In this document: positions 10,522 to 20,463 of the stretch, piece after piece | Numbering within the stretch: the first letter of the stretch is position 1 | Layout: every line of letters begins with the position of its first letter | Source: an uncultured Actinomycetota bacterium | Lineage (GTDB): Bacteria; Actinomycetota; Actinomycetes; JAHEKZ01 | Reading direction: 5' to 3' | Length of the DNA: 64,000 nt | Assembly: GCA_963726755.1 (NCBI GenBank) | Contig: CAVSDB010000001.1 | Span: 1,221,668-1,285,667, forward strand | Translations under genes and position numbers: made by a program | The notes under the pieces: model-generated | Databases searched by the model: none | What the model saw: the letters and a program-made list of their open reading frames with translations, nothing else | Told to the model about the DNA's origin: nothing

Positions 10522-11505
10522 ATGGAGCTGCGACACCTCGGCGGGTCTGGTCTGACGGTCAGCCGCCTGGCCCTCGGCACGATGACGTGGGGCCGCGACA
10601 CCGACGAACATGAGGCTCGCGACCAGCTCGCAGCCTTCTGTGAGGTCGGCGGCACGTTGGTCGATACCGCCGATGTCTACGCCGAGGGGGCATCAGAGCG
10701 GGTGCTCGGGTCCCTCATCGGGGACGTAGTGCCGCGGGACGCCATCGTGCTCGCGACCAAGGCCGTCAGTCGCCCAGGGACCGAGCGCCGGTTCGACGCT
10801 TCCCGCCAACATTTGCTCAACGCTTTGGACGAATCGCTACGCCGGTTGGGAACCGACCACGTCGACCTATGGCAACTTCACGCGTGGGATCCCCTCACCC
10901 CAATGGCAGAGTCCTTGGCGGCAGCTGATCACGCAGTGGCAACTGGACGTACGCGTTACGTCGGCATCTCGAACTACAGCGGGTGGCAGACAGCAGCCGC
11001 GAGCACCTGGCAGACCGCGACCCCGGAACGACAACCCATCGTCGCCACACAGGTCGAGTACTCACTGCTGCAGCGTGGGATCGAACGGGAAGTGGTCGGC
11101 GCAGCACACGCTGGGGCTATGGGGATCCTCGCGTGGTCACCGCTCGGACGCGGCGTGCTCACCGGCAAGTACCGCACCGGAACTCCCGCGGACTCTCGCG
11201 CGGCTTCCCCGAACTTCACTGAGTTCGTTCGACCATTCTTGGACGATCGTTGCCGAAACATCGTCGAGGCGGTGATCACCGCGGCAGCCGGGCTCGGCGT
11301 CGCTCCACTCGAGGTAGCCCTGGCATGGGTGCGCGACCGTCCTGGCGTGACGTCAGCGATCGTCGGTGCCCGTACCGCTGCCCAACTTCGTGGGTCGCTG
11401 TCTGTGGAGTCGCTCACGCTGCCGACCGAGATTCGCACGGCGCTCGACGAAGTCTCGGCTATTTCTTTCAGTTATCCAGACCACGGCCGCAACCAGCAGT
11501 CTTAG
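10522..11505 (+). CDS. Aldo/keto reductase
   Basis: MELRHLGGSGLTVSRLALGTMTWG..., DTADVYAEGASE, and VDLWQLHAWDP. The start is ATG 10522 within ORF 10477..11505. Confidence 0.85.
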   Translation: MELRHLGGSGLTVSRLALGTMTWGRDTDEHEARDQLAAFCEVGGTLVDTADVYAEGASERVLGSLIGDVVPRDAIVLATKAVSRPGTERRFDASRQHLLNALDESLRRLGTDHVDLWQLHAWDPLTPMAESLAAADHAVATGRTRYVGISNYSGWQTAAASTWQTATPERQPIVATQVEYSLLQRGIEREVVGAAHAGAMGILAWSPLGRGVLTGKYRTGTPADSRAASPNFTEFVRPFLDDRCRNIVEAVITAAAGLGVAPLEVALAWVRDRPGVTSAIVGARTAAQLRGSLSVESLTLPTEIRTALDEVSAISFSYPDHGRNQQS

Positions 11506-11514
11506 GATCTGGTT

Positions 11515-11709
11515 GTGGGATCTGGTTCGACGTACGAGACCTGGCGACTCGACGTGCCACGCGGGGTGAGCCGCGGCGAGGTGCGTCGGCTCTTGACCGA
11601 GCACGCCGAATACGGTCGTTGGGAGTTGTGGCGGGTCCGACTGTTCCCTGACGGACGCCGTCGCATCTGGTTGCGTCGGCGCGCTGTACGCGTGCAACGC
11701 AGTGCTTAA
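11515..11709 (+). CDS. DUF5703-like small protein
   Basis: 64 aa reading YETWRLDVPRGVSRGEVRRLLTEHAEYGRWELWRVRLFPDGRRRIWLRRR. From memory, this matches the small conserved actinobacterial protein usually found beside an M20 peptidase. Confidence 0.55.
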   Translation: MGSGSTYETWRLDVPRGVSRGEVRRLLTEHAEYGRWELWRVRLFPDGRRRIWLRRRAVRVQRSA

Positions 11710-11738
11710 TCAAAATGCCGGGCTAAATCAGCCACCCC

Positions 11739-13076
11739 TTAGATCAGATCTAAGAACCGATCAAGCGTTCTTGCTCCAAACTTCAACGCGTCAACCGGGA
11801 CGCGCTCGTCGACACCGTGAAAGAGATCGGCAAACGCCAGCGTCGGCGGCAGACGTAACGGCGCGAAGCCGTATCCCGGGATTCCCAACGTGGCAAAGGC
11901 TTTCGCGTCGGTTCCACCGAACATGGTGTACGGAACAGCCCGCGCCTGCGGATCATTCTCGAGCAACGACGTGATGATCGCGTCGATGATCGGGCCCTCG
12001 AAGTCAGTTTCCAGTGCGATGTCCTCGACGAGGTTCTCCCGCGTGACATGCGGTCCCAAGAGTTCATCGACCTGTCGCAGGAAGTCGTCGCGCATACCGG
12101 GCAGGAAGCGCCCGTCCACGACCGCCTCGGCATGTCCGGGGATGACGTTGTTCTTGTAGCCCGCGTTCAACATGGTGGGTGCGGCGCTGTGACGTAGCGC
12201 GGCGCCGATCATGGGTGCGATCGGTCCTAGGTGCGAGACGATCTCGTCGGGATCGGTTGACGGATCGAGGTCCATCGCTTCGCAGATCTGTTCAAGCATC
12301 ACGCGCACGGTCTTCGTCATGGCGACCGGGAATTTGTGCGTACCGATGCGGCTGACCGTCTCAGCCAGGCGAGTCACGGCATTCTCGTGATTGACCATCG
12401 AGCCGTGTCCAGCTCTACCGTCGGTTCGAAGTCGCATCCAGGCGATGCCCTTCTCTGCGGTCTCAATCAAGTAGAGCCGCACGTCGTCTTTGACCGTGAA
12501 GCTGAAGCCACCAACCTCACCAACGGCCGCGTCCACGTTTTCGAACAAGTCAGGACGATGTTCGGTCAGCCAGTGCGAACCGAAAAGTCCGCCAGCCTCT
12601 TCGTCGGCCAGGAAGGCGAGAACAAGGTCTCGCGGCGGCGGCCTGTCGTGCCGCAATCGATCGCGAACGACGCTCAAGATCATGGCGTCCATGTCCTTCA
12701 TGTCGATCGCACCGCGTCCCCACAGCATGGGGACTCCGTCGTCGTCTGCGATCTCGCCGCCGAACGGTGGCATGGACCAGTCCGATGCCTCCGCCGGCAC
12801 AACGTCGAGGTGACCGTGGAGCAGCAGAGCCGGAAGCGACGAATCCTGTCCGGCTACTCGAGCGAAGACGCTGGTCCGTCCTGGCTGCGACTCGATGAGC
12901 TCAACGTCGAGCCCCACGTCGCTGAGTAGCGCAGCGACGTACTCCGCAGCCGGACGTTCGCCAGACCGCGGGTCATCACCGTAGTTGCTGGTGTCGATGC
13001 GCATGAGATCACGACAAAGTTCAACGACTTCGTCCTCAGCGCGAAGGCCTGTTGGAGTTTCAGTGCTCGATGTCAC
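11739..13076 (-). CDS. M20/M25/M40 family metallopeptidase
   Basis: LLHGHLDVVPA, GRGAIDMKD and the LADEEAGG metal-ligand motifs. The likely GTG start at 13076 is chosen because ORF 11739..13166 would abut the tRNA. Confidence 0.85.
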   Translation of the reverse strand: MTSSTETPTGLRAEDEVVELCRDLMRIDTSNYGDDPRSGERPAAEYVAALLSDVGLDVELIESQPGRTSVFARVAGQDSSLPALLLHGHLDVVPAEASDWSMPPFGGEIADDDGVPMLWGRGAIDMKDMDAMILSVVRDRLRHDRPPPRDLVLAFLADEEAGGLFGSHWLTEHRPDLFENVDAAVGEVGGFSFTVKDDVRLYLIETAEKGIAWMRLRTDGRAGHGSMVNHENAVTRLAETVSRIGTHKFPVAMTKTVRVMLEQICEAMDLDPSTDPDEIVSHLGPIAPMIGAALRHSAAPTMLNAGYKNNVIPGHAEAVVDGRFLPGMRDDFLRQVDELLGPHVTRENLVEDIALETDFEGPIIDAIITSLLENDPQARAVPYTMFGGTDAKAFATLGIPGYGFAPLRLPPTLAFADLFHGVDERVPVDALKFGARTLDRFLDLI

Positions 13077-13166
13077 GACTCCATACTGCCTCGCGGTCAG
13101 GGATTTGGGCCATTTCTGATGACATGCCCTCGGTTGGTATCGTTCTCGACCGGAGCAATCGCTCAT

Positions 13167-13250
13167 GTCCGGGTGGCGGAATTGGTAGACGCGCTAGCTT
13201 GAGGTGCTAGTGCCCGAAAGGGCTTGGGGGTTCAAGTCCCCCCTCGGACA
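13167..13250 (+). tRNA. tRNA-Leu (anticodon GAG), long variable arm
   Basis: Folded by hand. The acceptor GTCCGGG pairs with CTCGGAC (one G-U), discriminator A. The anticodon stem CTAGC/GCTAG carries loop TTGAGGT. The T arm is GGGGG-TTCAAGT-CCCCC. No encoded CCA. Confidence 0.9.
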
Positions 13251-13290
13251 CAACCCATCGGCGCGATCGCCGTCCTGGCACGATAGCGAC

Positions 13291-13644
13291 ATGGAACGTG
13301 TTCTCGGAATCGGCGGATACTTCATCCGCGCGGCCGATCCGGTGGCCCTCGGCGCTTGGTATCGCGACTTCCTAGGCCTCGACGCCGACGAGAACGGCGT
13401 GTGGCGTCAGGAAGTTGGGGTCACGGTCTTCGCCACGTTCGAGTCCAAGACGGACTACTTCGGGTCCCGCGACCAGCAGGCCATGATCAATTTCCGAGTG
13501 AGTGACCTGGCTGCGATGCTCACGCAACTCCGCGCCAAAGGAGCGGACGTTGCGGCAGAGACAGAAGACATGGAAGGCGTCGGTCGTTTCGGTTGGGTTA
13601 CCGATCCGGAGGGCAATCGCATCGAACTTTGGCAGCCAGCCTGA
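13291..13644 (+). CDS. VOC (glyoxalase/bleomycin-resistance fold) family protein
   Basis: MERVLGIGGYFIRAADPVALGAWYRDFLGL ... GRFGWVTDPEGNRIELWQP. ATG 13291 is used because the upstream part of ORF 13204..13644 overlaps the tRNA. Confidence 0.75.
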   Translation: MERVLGIGGYFIRAADPVALGAWYRDFLGLDADENGVWRQEVGVTVFATFESKTDYFGSRDQQAMINFRVSDLAAMLTQLRAKGADVAAETEDMEGVGRFGWVTDPEGNRIELWQPA

Positions 13645-13671
13645 CCGGGCAATCTTGCGAGTCAGCTGGTG

Positions 13672-14166
13672 CTACTCCGCGTGAAGTTGTGTGAAAGTGA
13701 CTTCCCATGCGCACCCGTGCGCCGGTTCAGTGACTCCTTCGGCAAAGTAGGGTCCGGCACTCACGTCGCGGAGGACGTCGTCGCCGGAGGTGGCCTTGTC
13801 AGTGGTGATCAGATCCTGCGCGCCGTAGGAACCGATTGCTGGAACCATTTCTACGCTGTAGGTGCAGTCGCTGCGCGTCGTCCAGGCAATGCGGTAGTCA
13901 CCCCCACTCAATTTGAACGGAGGGGAATTAGCTGTGCCGTTCAGGCCGATGGTGAATGGCTGCTGTGGCGAAGCACCAGTAGCGCCGGCCTTGCTCGGCG
14001 ACGCACTTTCGTCCGGCGAATCGTCCGAGGAGCTGATGGACGGCTGCGGCGCCGTGGAGTTGTCAGCGTCCCCTGATCCACCTACGACAACGCTGAGGAC
14101 CAGAGCGGCGACCGCAACGACCACGGCGGTCATCACGATGAGCAAGACCTTGCCGCCTGTGGACAT
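13672..14166 (-). CDS. Hypothetical membrane-anchored extracytoplasmic protein
   Basis: An N-terminal TM anchor (KVLLIVMTAVVVAVAALVLSVVV), a Ser/Pro/Asp-rich linker, then a roughly 100-aa domain. I recognise no family. Confidence 0.5.
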   Translation of the reverse strand: MSTGGKVLLIVMTAVVVAVAALVLSVVVGGSGDADNSTAPQPSISSSDDSPDESASPSKAGATGASPQQPFTIGLNGTANSPPFKLSGGDYRIAWTTRSDCTYSVEMVPAIGSYGAQDLITTDKATSGDDVLRDVSAGPYFAEGVTEPAHGCAWEVTFTQLHAE

Positions 14167-14240
14167 CGCTCCCGATCCGGTCAGTGGATGCTGCTCACAT
14201 CATGCCGAGTTCCAAGGCGTTCCGTGTAGCAACTTGCTTG

Positions 14241-15828
14241 TCAGCCCCGGAGTTCCTCGGGGACGACGTAGTCAGCCATTTGTTCGGCGCTGCGTTTCGG
14301 CAAGGTCTCTCCGCGGAAGTAGGCGGGCATCGCGATCCAGGTGATCACCATCAACACAAGCCCAAGGACCAGGGCGCCGATGCCGGTCAGGAAGATGCCG
14401 CCGACCGCCCAGTGCGGCGGTAGCGGCATCGTCCAGGACGTAATCGAGTCAGCGTCGGGACCGACCAACCAGTAGTCGTGCGCCGCCTGCAGAAACGCTG
14501 CAAGCAGGATGAACCCTCCGAGGAATGGAACTACGCCGCGCATGAAGAAGTTGCGGACAGACGTCGTGAGCGTGTGTCGGTAGAAGACCGGAGCCGTGAA
14601 CCCCGTCATTCCGTAGTAGAACGCGATGAGCAACCCAATGGACGCGATGGTGTCTGCCAAGTACGTTGCTGCTGAGCATCGTCAACGCCACGTAGAACAC
14701 GATCGAGGCGATGCCCATCCCGATCGTTGACCAGGTCGGTGTCAGGAATCGAGCACTGACCCGCGCGAACTGCTGTGGGATGGCTTTGTGTGCCGCCATA
14801 GACAAGGTCGTCCGAGCCGTCGGCAGGATCGTCGTCAGTGTTGAGGCCGCCGCTGAACTCAACACCATGAGGACGAGCAAATGCACTGCGAAACTGCCGA
14901 TTGCACTGTTGCCAAACACAGCGCGGCCCAGCACCGAGAACACGTCGTTGGCGTTGTTCGGGTTGCCGAGACCGATGCCCTGAGTTCCAATTCCGGCGTA
15001 CGCCTGGGTAGCGGTCGTGACGACGACGTAGATCGCGAGCAGCACGAAGGTAGCCGTGACAGCAGCTCGCCCTGGGGTCTTGCGAGCGTCCTTGGTCTCC
15101 TCGTTCACCGAGACCGCGGTGTCGAATCCCCAGTAGATGAAGACAGCCAGCAGCAGACCGCTTGCCAGTGCGCTGGTGCTACCGATGTTGAAGGGGTTGA
15201 ACCACGACCACGAAGGATGGAGTGAGGTTCCAACCACTGCGTTGTTCGTGTAGACCCTGACCAGAGCGACTATCGAGAACACGGCGAGCACCACGACCTC
15301 GATGCCGAACAGTGCGTACTGCACCCGTGCAGAGATTTCGATACCGCGGTAGCAGATGTAGGTCATCAGCACGATCCAGGCGACTCCCACAACCGTGGGC
15401 CAGAACAGTTGACCAGCAACTCCGTCAGCGTTGAACAGCAGGAAGAAGTAGGCGCCCGCGATGGCAGCCAGGTTCGCCATGACAATGACGTCGGCGGCAA
15501 CGATCCCCCATCCACCCATCCAGCCGGTTTTGGGTCCAAACGCGCGCGCTGCCCAAGTGAACGTGGTGCCAGCGTCTGGTTCTGCTTCGTTGAGTTCTCG
15601 GTATCCGACAGCCACGCAGTACATCGGGATGAACGCCAGGATCATGATGACGGGAGCTTGGAGACCGACGGCAATCACGACGAATCCGATGGTCGCGGCG
15701 AGGCTGTAGGCCGGTGCGACAGAGGCCAGTGCAATGACAGTGCTGGACAGCAAACCCAGCGCTCCCGGCTTGAGGCCTTTCTGCAGTACGTCGAAACCGG
15801 CGTCGCTTTGGTCGTGGGTGTCGGTCAT
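14241..15828 (-). pseudogene. APC-superfamily amino acid/polyamine permease, frame-disrupted near 14657
   Basis: ORF 14449..15864 is permease-like up to ...FYVALTMLSSNVL and then turns Arg/His-rich. ORF 14241..14660 (ADTIASIGLLIAFYYGMTGF...) is the natural continuation. Removing one base of cttGGcagac restores NVLADTIAS. Confidence 0.85.
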
Positions 15829-15940
15829 AACTACCCCCTCGGGGGCCGGCGGTCTCGACGCCATCGTTGGACGGCGTCGTTGGGCCGATATTCCTATTGT
15901 CCCCCTGCTTTGGCCAGCTCGCGACAGCAGCGACCGCTTC

Positions 15941-16264
15941 TTAAGAAGTCGCTGTAGCAGCAGTCTGCGCAGTCGGACGTTGTGTCCAAGACCTGACAGG
16001 AGGGGCGATCGTTACCGCCGCCTGAACGCCTAGCGCCAGCATCTGACCTATCAAGTGCGGGTTCTGCGGGAGTGATGCCGCACAAATAATGAAGCCGAAG
16101 AGGGCGATCCCAGCGAACCAACACCGTGCGGTGTTTCCGCCTCGACTGACCCGGTAAAGCAACAAGGCCGAGATCGCGAACCACCCCAAGTGCGGGCCGA
16201 TTCCCGGCTCCGGATACAGCGCAAACGACTGCTCGACGATGACGGCCCCAAGTGCAACGAGCAA
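15941..16264 (-). CDS. Hypothetical small membrane protein
   Basis: A 107-aa ORF with about 3 hydrophobic segments and a TTG start. An ATG at 16293 lies in another frame, so the true 5' end is uncertain. Confidence 0.3.
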   Translation of the reverse strand: MLVALGAVIVEQSFALYPEPGIGPHLGWFAISALLLYRVSRGGNTARCWFAGIALFGFIICAASLPQNPHLIGQMLALGVQAAVTIAPPVRSWTQRPTAQTAATATS

Positions 16265-16389
16265 CCAGGCACGTACCGCAGGTCCTGGGTCATGACTTCA
16301 AGTTAACCGACAAACTCCCGCAAGTCTCAGGAAGTGGCTGGCGTCGAAGCGCAAACGCAGCGACGGCCTCGGCTAACTAGGGTGAGTCC

Positions 16390-16947
16390 ATGACCACTAG
16401 CGACTATCCGTGGGAGCCTCCTCTCGCCGGCCCTGAGGTCGAACACGTGGCTGGCTCACTCGACCGGCTGCGTACGACGTTTCGCTGGAAGACCAGCGGT
16501 CTTGATTCCGCGGGACTGCACACGCGCATCCCTTCCTCGGAGTTGACTCTCGGCGGCCTCCTCAAACACCTTGCGGCAGTTGAGGATCACGTATTCGCCA
16601 CCAGAATGACCGGCGTTCGTCTTGGCGAGCCTTGGAGTTCCGGCGACTGGGCCAACGACGCAGACTGGGATTTCAACTCTGCCGCCAACGACAGCGCGGA
16701 AGATCTCTACGCGCTCTGGGACGGTGCTGTTGAACGTTCGCGCGCGAAGTTCGCGGATGCGCTAGCCAACGGCGGCCTCGACCAACTCGTTCACCTGACT
16801 GCCCCGGATGGGCAACACGCCAGTTTGCGTCGGCTCGTGTTCGACCTGCTCGAGGAGTACGGCCGACACACCGGGCACGCGGACCTGATCCGAGAGTCGA
16901 TCGACGGCTTGGTCGGCGAAGACCCACCAGCCGGATGGCATGCCTAG
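16390..16947 (+). CDS. DinB-family (DUF664, mycothiol-transferase-like) protein
   Basis: LDRLRTTFRWKTSGLD...LGGLLKHLAAVEDHVF...EEYGRHTGHADLIRESIDG. The C-terminal HxGHAD is typical of the DinB/DUF664 four-helix bundle. Confidence 0.75.
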   Translation: MTTSDYPWEPPLAGPEVEHVAGSLDRLRTTFRWKTSGLDSAGLHTRIPSSELTLGGLLKHLAAVEDHVFATRMTGVRLGEPWSSGDWANDADWDFNSAANDSAEDLYALWDGAVERSRAKFADALANGGLDQLVHLTAPDGQHASLRRLVFDLLEEYGRHTGHADLIRESIDGLVGEDPPAGWHA

Positions 16948-16976
16948 AAATCAACCTATGGAATAGAGGAGAAGCG

Positions 16977-17294
16977 ATGCCTAAGTACTTGTTCTCGTAC
17001 CACGGCGGTGGCATGAACCTGACAGATGAAGAGCAAGCGCAATCCATGGCGGCTTGGGGCATGTGGATGGGTGGTCTTGGCGCCGCCCTGACTGACGGTG
17101 GCAATCCGGTTGTTCAGTCCTCGACTGTTCAGCCAGACGGCTCCTCCGTCAGTGGTGGTGGACCTAACCCCGTAACTGGATACAGCGTCGTTAGCGCAGA
17201 CAGCCTTGAGGCCGCCCTGGCGATGGCTGCTGGTTGTCCGATCCTGGCTACCGGCGGCAGCGTCGAAGTTGGCGAGACCATCGAAGTTATGTGA
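16977..17294 (+). CDS. YCII-related/DGPF-like small protein
   Basis: MPKYLFSYHGGG...AWGMWMG...GYSVVSADSLEAALAMAAGCPIL. The ATG is preceded by GGAGAAG. Confidence 0.5.
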   Translation: MPKYLFSYHGGGMNLTDEEQAQSMAAWGMWMGGLGAALTDGGNPVVQSSTVQPDGSSVSGGGPNPVTGYSVVSADSLEAALAMAAGCPILATGGSVEVGETIEVM

Positions 17295-17354
17295 CTGCGC
17301 TGCTCGCTAGGTTGACTTGCCCCAGCGCATCAATCTGATACCAACGTCAGCCAT

Positions 17355-17777
17355 TTACCCCTCCGCTTCCAGTAGATAGACAACGATTCGCGACTCGATG
17401 GTCGCAAGATCAATTCGGCCCTCGGCGACACAGACCACGTCGTTGAGCCACGCGTACAACGGGTTCTCAGACTCGAACAGCGTGAAGAGCATTTGGTGAC
17501 CGCTGTTGGGGCTATCAAAGATCGTGCGCCCCGACATCTCAATCATGACTTCAGCGTCGTCATTGGTCGCGATGACCCCACGAACATTCGGCAGCATGTT
17601 GCCGTCGCCGCGTCTGGTTGGGTGGTTTGACCACTGAACTGTTCCGGACAGTCGCTCCCCCGTGACGGTCCCAGTGCCTCTGCCCCAGCCCCCACCGGCT
17701 TCATTCCCGTAAGGCCGAAACAGGTGGAAGTCATCGACGTAACTGAGGTTCAGCGTGCACAGAGGCGAAAGTCGCAT
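17355..17777 (-). CDS. DUF3237-like protein
   Basis: GGGWGRGTGTVTGERLSGTVQWSNHPTRRGDGNMLPNVRGVIATNDDAEVMIEMSG resembles the beta-barrel DUF3237/UPF0311 pattern. The start is MRLSPL (17777). Confidence 0.45.
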   Translation of the reverse strand: MRLSPLCTLNLSYVDDFHLFRPYGNEAGGGWGRGTGTVTGERLSGTVQWSNHPTRRGDGNMLPNVRGVIATNDDAEVMIEMSGRTIFDSPNSGHQMLFTLFESENPLYAWLNDVVCVAEGRIDLATIESRIVVYLLEAEG

Positions 17778-17808
17778 GTTGCCGTGATACCAGCACCCGG
17801 CAACCGAC

Positions 17809-18190
17809 TCAACCCCCTCCGTACGGTCTGGTAATGATTTCCAGGAAGTGTCCGCTGGGTTCCTCCCAATAGAGACCTCGTCCACCGTCATTTGTGTTGA
17901 TTTCACCGGGACGCTGCTGCGCGGGATCGGCCCAGTACGTCAAGCCGCGTTCTCGAATCCGGGCGAAGATCTCGTCAAACTCGGACTCGCCAACCAGAAA
18001 TGCATAGTGCTGCGGATGGATGTCGTCGTCCGTCTCGTGAAAGTCGAGGGACACACCGTTGTCGACCTCCACGATGAGAAACGGACCGAACGAAGTTGGG
18101 ACGGCGCGTCCGAGAATGTCGGCGAGAAAGGTTCGCCGACTCTTCCTTGTCACGCACCCACACAATCGTGTGGTTGAGTTCGACGCTCAT
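17809..18190 (-). pseudogene. VOC family protein, frame-disrupted near 18131-18140
   Basis: MSVELNHTIVWVRDKEES (ATG 18190, carried at the tail of ORF 17975..18679) joins (R)TFLADILGRAVPTSFGPFLIVEVDNG... (ORF 17809..18165) when one base of gagtcGGcgaacc is removed. Confidence 0.7.
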
Positions 18191-18235
18191 GAGAACTCCT
18201 TCGCGACTTCCGGCGACAAGCCTTACGCTCGCGCC

Positions 18236-18967
18236 ATGGATGAGCTTCCCAACTTCTTCGACGAGCCGATTGCGTCGGTGTATGACGACGCGGAATCGGA
18301 AATGTTCACAGCAGAAACCGTAGCGCGACCTGTCGAAGTTCTCGCTGCCCTTGCTGGGGATGGTCGAGCACTCGAACTTGGAATCGGCACCGGGCGGATT
18401 GCGCTGCCTCTGGCCGCTCGAGGAATCTCGGTGGCGGGGATCGACCTTTCGCCCGCCATGGTCGATCAGATGAGAGCCAAACCAGGAGGCAACGACGTCG
18501 AGGTCGCAATCGGTGACTTCGCGACCACACGCGTCGCTGGCACGTTCACGGTCGCATACCTCGTCTTCAACACCATCATGAACCTGACTACTCAGACCGC
18601 TCAGGTTGCCTGCTTCAGCAATGTCGCCAGCCACCTGGAGCCGGGCGGCACGTTCGTCGTCGAGTGCATGGTTCCCCAACTGCGACGGCTACCACCAGGA
18701 AGCACCCTGGTTCAGTTTGACGGCGGTGAGAACGGCTGGGGCCTCGACGAGTACGACGTCGCGAACCAACGGCTCACCTCTCACCATTTCGAAGCGCACT
18801 CTCGTCAGCCATCGAACCCGGCCATGCCGTTCCGTTACGTGTGGCCGTCCGAACTTGACCTCATGGCCATGATGGCCGGAATGCGACTCCGAGACCGTTG
18901 GTCGGACTGGAACGGCGAACCGTTCACCAGCGACAGTGACAAGCACGTCTCGATTTGGGAGAAGTGA
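18236..18967 (+). CDS. Class I SAM-dependent methyltransferase
   Basis: Motif I is ALELGIGTGRIALPLA, followed by VAGIDLSPAMV. The start is ATG 18236 (MDELPNFF). Confidence 0.85.
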   Translation: MDELPNFFDEPIASVYDDAESEMFTAETVARPVEVLAALAGDGRALELGIGTGRIALPLAARGISVAGIDLSPAMVDQMRAKPGGNDVEVAIGDFATTRVAGTFTVAYLVFNTIMNLTTQTAQVACFSNVASHLEPGGTFVVECMVPQLRRLPPGSTLVQFDGGENGWGLDEYDVANQRLTSHHFEAHSRQPSNPAMPFRYVWPSELDLMAMMAGMRLRDRWSDWNGEPFTSDSDKHVSIWEK

Positions 18968-18974
18968 GGCAGGC

Positions 18975-19373
18975 GTGGCGGCCATCAGTGATTTGGATCA
19001 GATGCTGGCTCGCCTAAGTCCGATGCTTAGGTCGGGACGCTACGTGTTCACCAGGTTGGCCAAGCCGTTGCCAGCCGCGGTCGACCCGGTGATGACATTC
19101 AACGAGGACGAGGGAATGACCGTCATCGTCTCTCAGTCACAGGCCGACGATCTGGAGCTCGCGTACGACGTGGTGATGTCGTGGATCACCTTGCAAGTCA
19201 ACAGCTCCCTCGACGGTGTGGGCTTGACCGCTTCGGTGAGCTCGACGTTGGCGATGGCCGGGATCAGTTGCAACATGGTCGCGGCCACCCTCCACGACCA
19301 CCTCTTCGTTCCTGTTGATTCGGCTGACACGGCCCTGCGGCTACTTCAAGAGTTATCCGAGAGCAAACGCTAA
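18975..19373 (+). CDS. ACT-domain-containing protein (ACT_7/DUF2241-like)
   Basis: RYVFTRL...MTVIVSQ...MSWITLQVNSSLDGVGLTASVSSTLAMAGISCNMVAATLHDHLFVP. A GTG at 18975 sits just after the upstream stop. Confidence 0.6.
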   Translation: MAAISDLDQMLARLSPMLRSGRYVFTRLAKPLPAAVDPVMTFNEDEGMTVIVSQSQADDLELAYDVVMSWITLQVNSSLDGVGLTASVSSTLAMAGISCNMVAATLHDHLFVPVDSADTALRLLQELSESKR

Positions 19374-19396
19374 GTAGCAGCCTCCGATGTCTGACT

Positions 19397-19801
19397 TCAG
19401 AACATCCCGTTGTTGTTAGCCGACGTTTCGGGGATGGTCTGGAGCGCATCCCAATGCTCGACCACCTTTCCGTTGTCATCGAGCCGGAAGATGTCGATTC
19501 CTGCGTAGTCGGGAAAGCCCGGCCAGGTCTGGTAGCAGTGCAACACGACGTAGTTGCCCTCGGCGATCGCCCGCTTGAACTCCACGCGTTTGCCGGGATA
19601 GTCGCGCGCCATGGCTTCGAAGTAGTCGATGAAAGCCTGTTTGCCATCCCCTACGTGGGGATTGTGCTGGATGTAGACATCGCCTGCGTATCGCTCGATC
19701 GCCTCCGCAGGTCGGCAGTCGTTGAACATCAAGTCATAGAAGGCTTTGGCGTTCGCCTTGTTGCGCTCGAGTACGTCAGGTTCCGTCATGGGTTTGGACA
19801 C
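19397..19801 (-). CDS. SnoaL-like/NTF2-fold protein
   Basis: 134 aa reading [35 protein letters not shown]...[16 protein letters not shown]. Confidence 0.75.
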   Translation of the reverse strand: MSKPMTEPDVLERNKANAKAFYDLMFNDCRPAEAIERYAGDVYIQHNPHVGDGKQAFIDYFEAMARDYPGKRVEFKRAIAEGNYVVLHCYQTWPGFPDYAGIDIFRLDDNGKVVEHWDALQTIPETSANNNGMF

Positions 19802-19817
19802 TACCGTCGATCAGATT

Positions 19818-20462
19818 TCACAGCCCGCTGATGCCCTCGGTCACCACAACACCGCCGATCACTGCAAATACGATGGCCATGACGGCAGCGTTGTTCGTCT
19901 GCAGCCAGTCCCTGGCGACGGATAGCGGTTGCAAGATCCGCTGACCCAAGATCAGTCGCAGCAACATCGGAGCAGCGACGGTGCTCGAAGCCAGAACGGT
20001 GAAGGCCAGAACCCACACCGCAACTTCAGCACCGGAGTTTCCGTCCGATCCGATCGAAAGTCCCGCCGCAGCCGTCAGTAGGAGGATTTTCGGATTGGCT
20101 GCCGACAGCACCACGCCGAGACGGGCCGCCTTGGCCGGACCTGCAGTTTGTAACGTCGCCATCCAGCCGGGGACGGGTTTCGACTTTCCCCTGGTCAGCC
20201 ATCGTTGGATGGCGAGAGCGATCAGGGCCGATCCGAGAGCAACCCGAGTCCACGCGACCCATGTTGGTGTGTCCTCTCGAGTGTCAACGATCTCCGCAAG
20301 GACGACGAACACGGTGGTGGCGATAGCGATGCCAGTAGCCCAGCCGGCGAGGAAAGATGTCGAGGTAGCAATGGGACGAGTAGTGAACAGGAGAAGGATG
20401 GCGGGGATGATCGGAAACGGTGAGGCCGCAATCCCAACCGCGAGCAACCAGACATCGCTCAT
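19818..20462 (-). CDS. GAP (Sap-like) family membrane protein
   Basis: A six-TM profile beginning MSDVWLLAVGIAASPFPIIPAILLLFT. The ATG at 20462 follows the upstream stop by one base. Confidence 0.6.
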   Translation of the reverse strand: MSDVWLLAVGIAASPFPIIPAILLLFTTRPIATSTSFLAGWATGIAIATTVFVVLAEIVDTREDTPTWVAWTRVALGSALIALAIQRWLTRGKSKPVPGWMATLQTAGPAKAARLGVVLSAANPKILLLTAAAGLSIGSDGNSGAEVAVWVLAFTVLASSTVAAPMLLRLILGQRILQPLSVARDWLQTNNAAVMAIVFAVIGGVVVTEGISGL

Positions 20463-20463
20463 C

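Noticed and set aside
13167-13644. ORF 13204..13644 as annotated in the track (146 aa).
   Set aside because: Its first 29 codons are the tRNA-Leu sequence read as protein. The VOC domain starts at ATG 13291.
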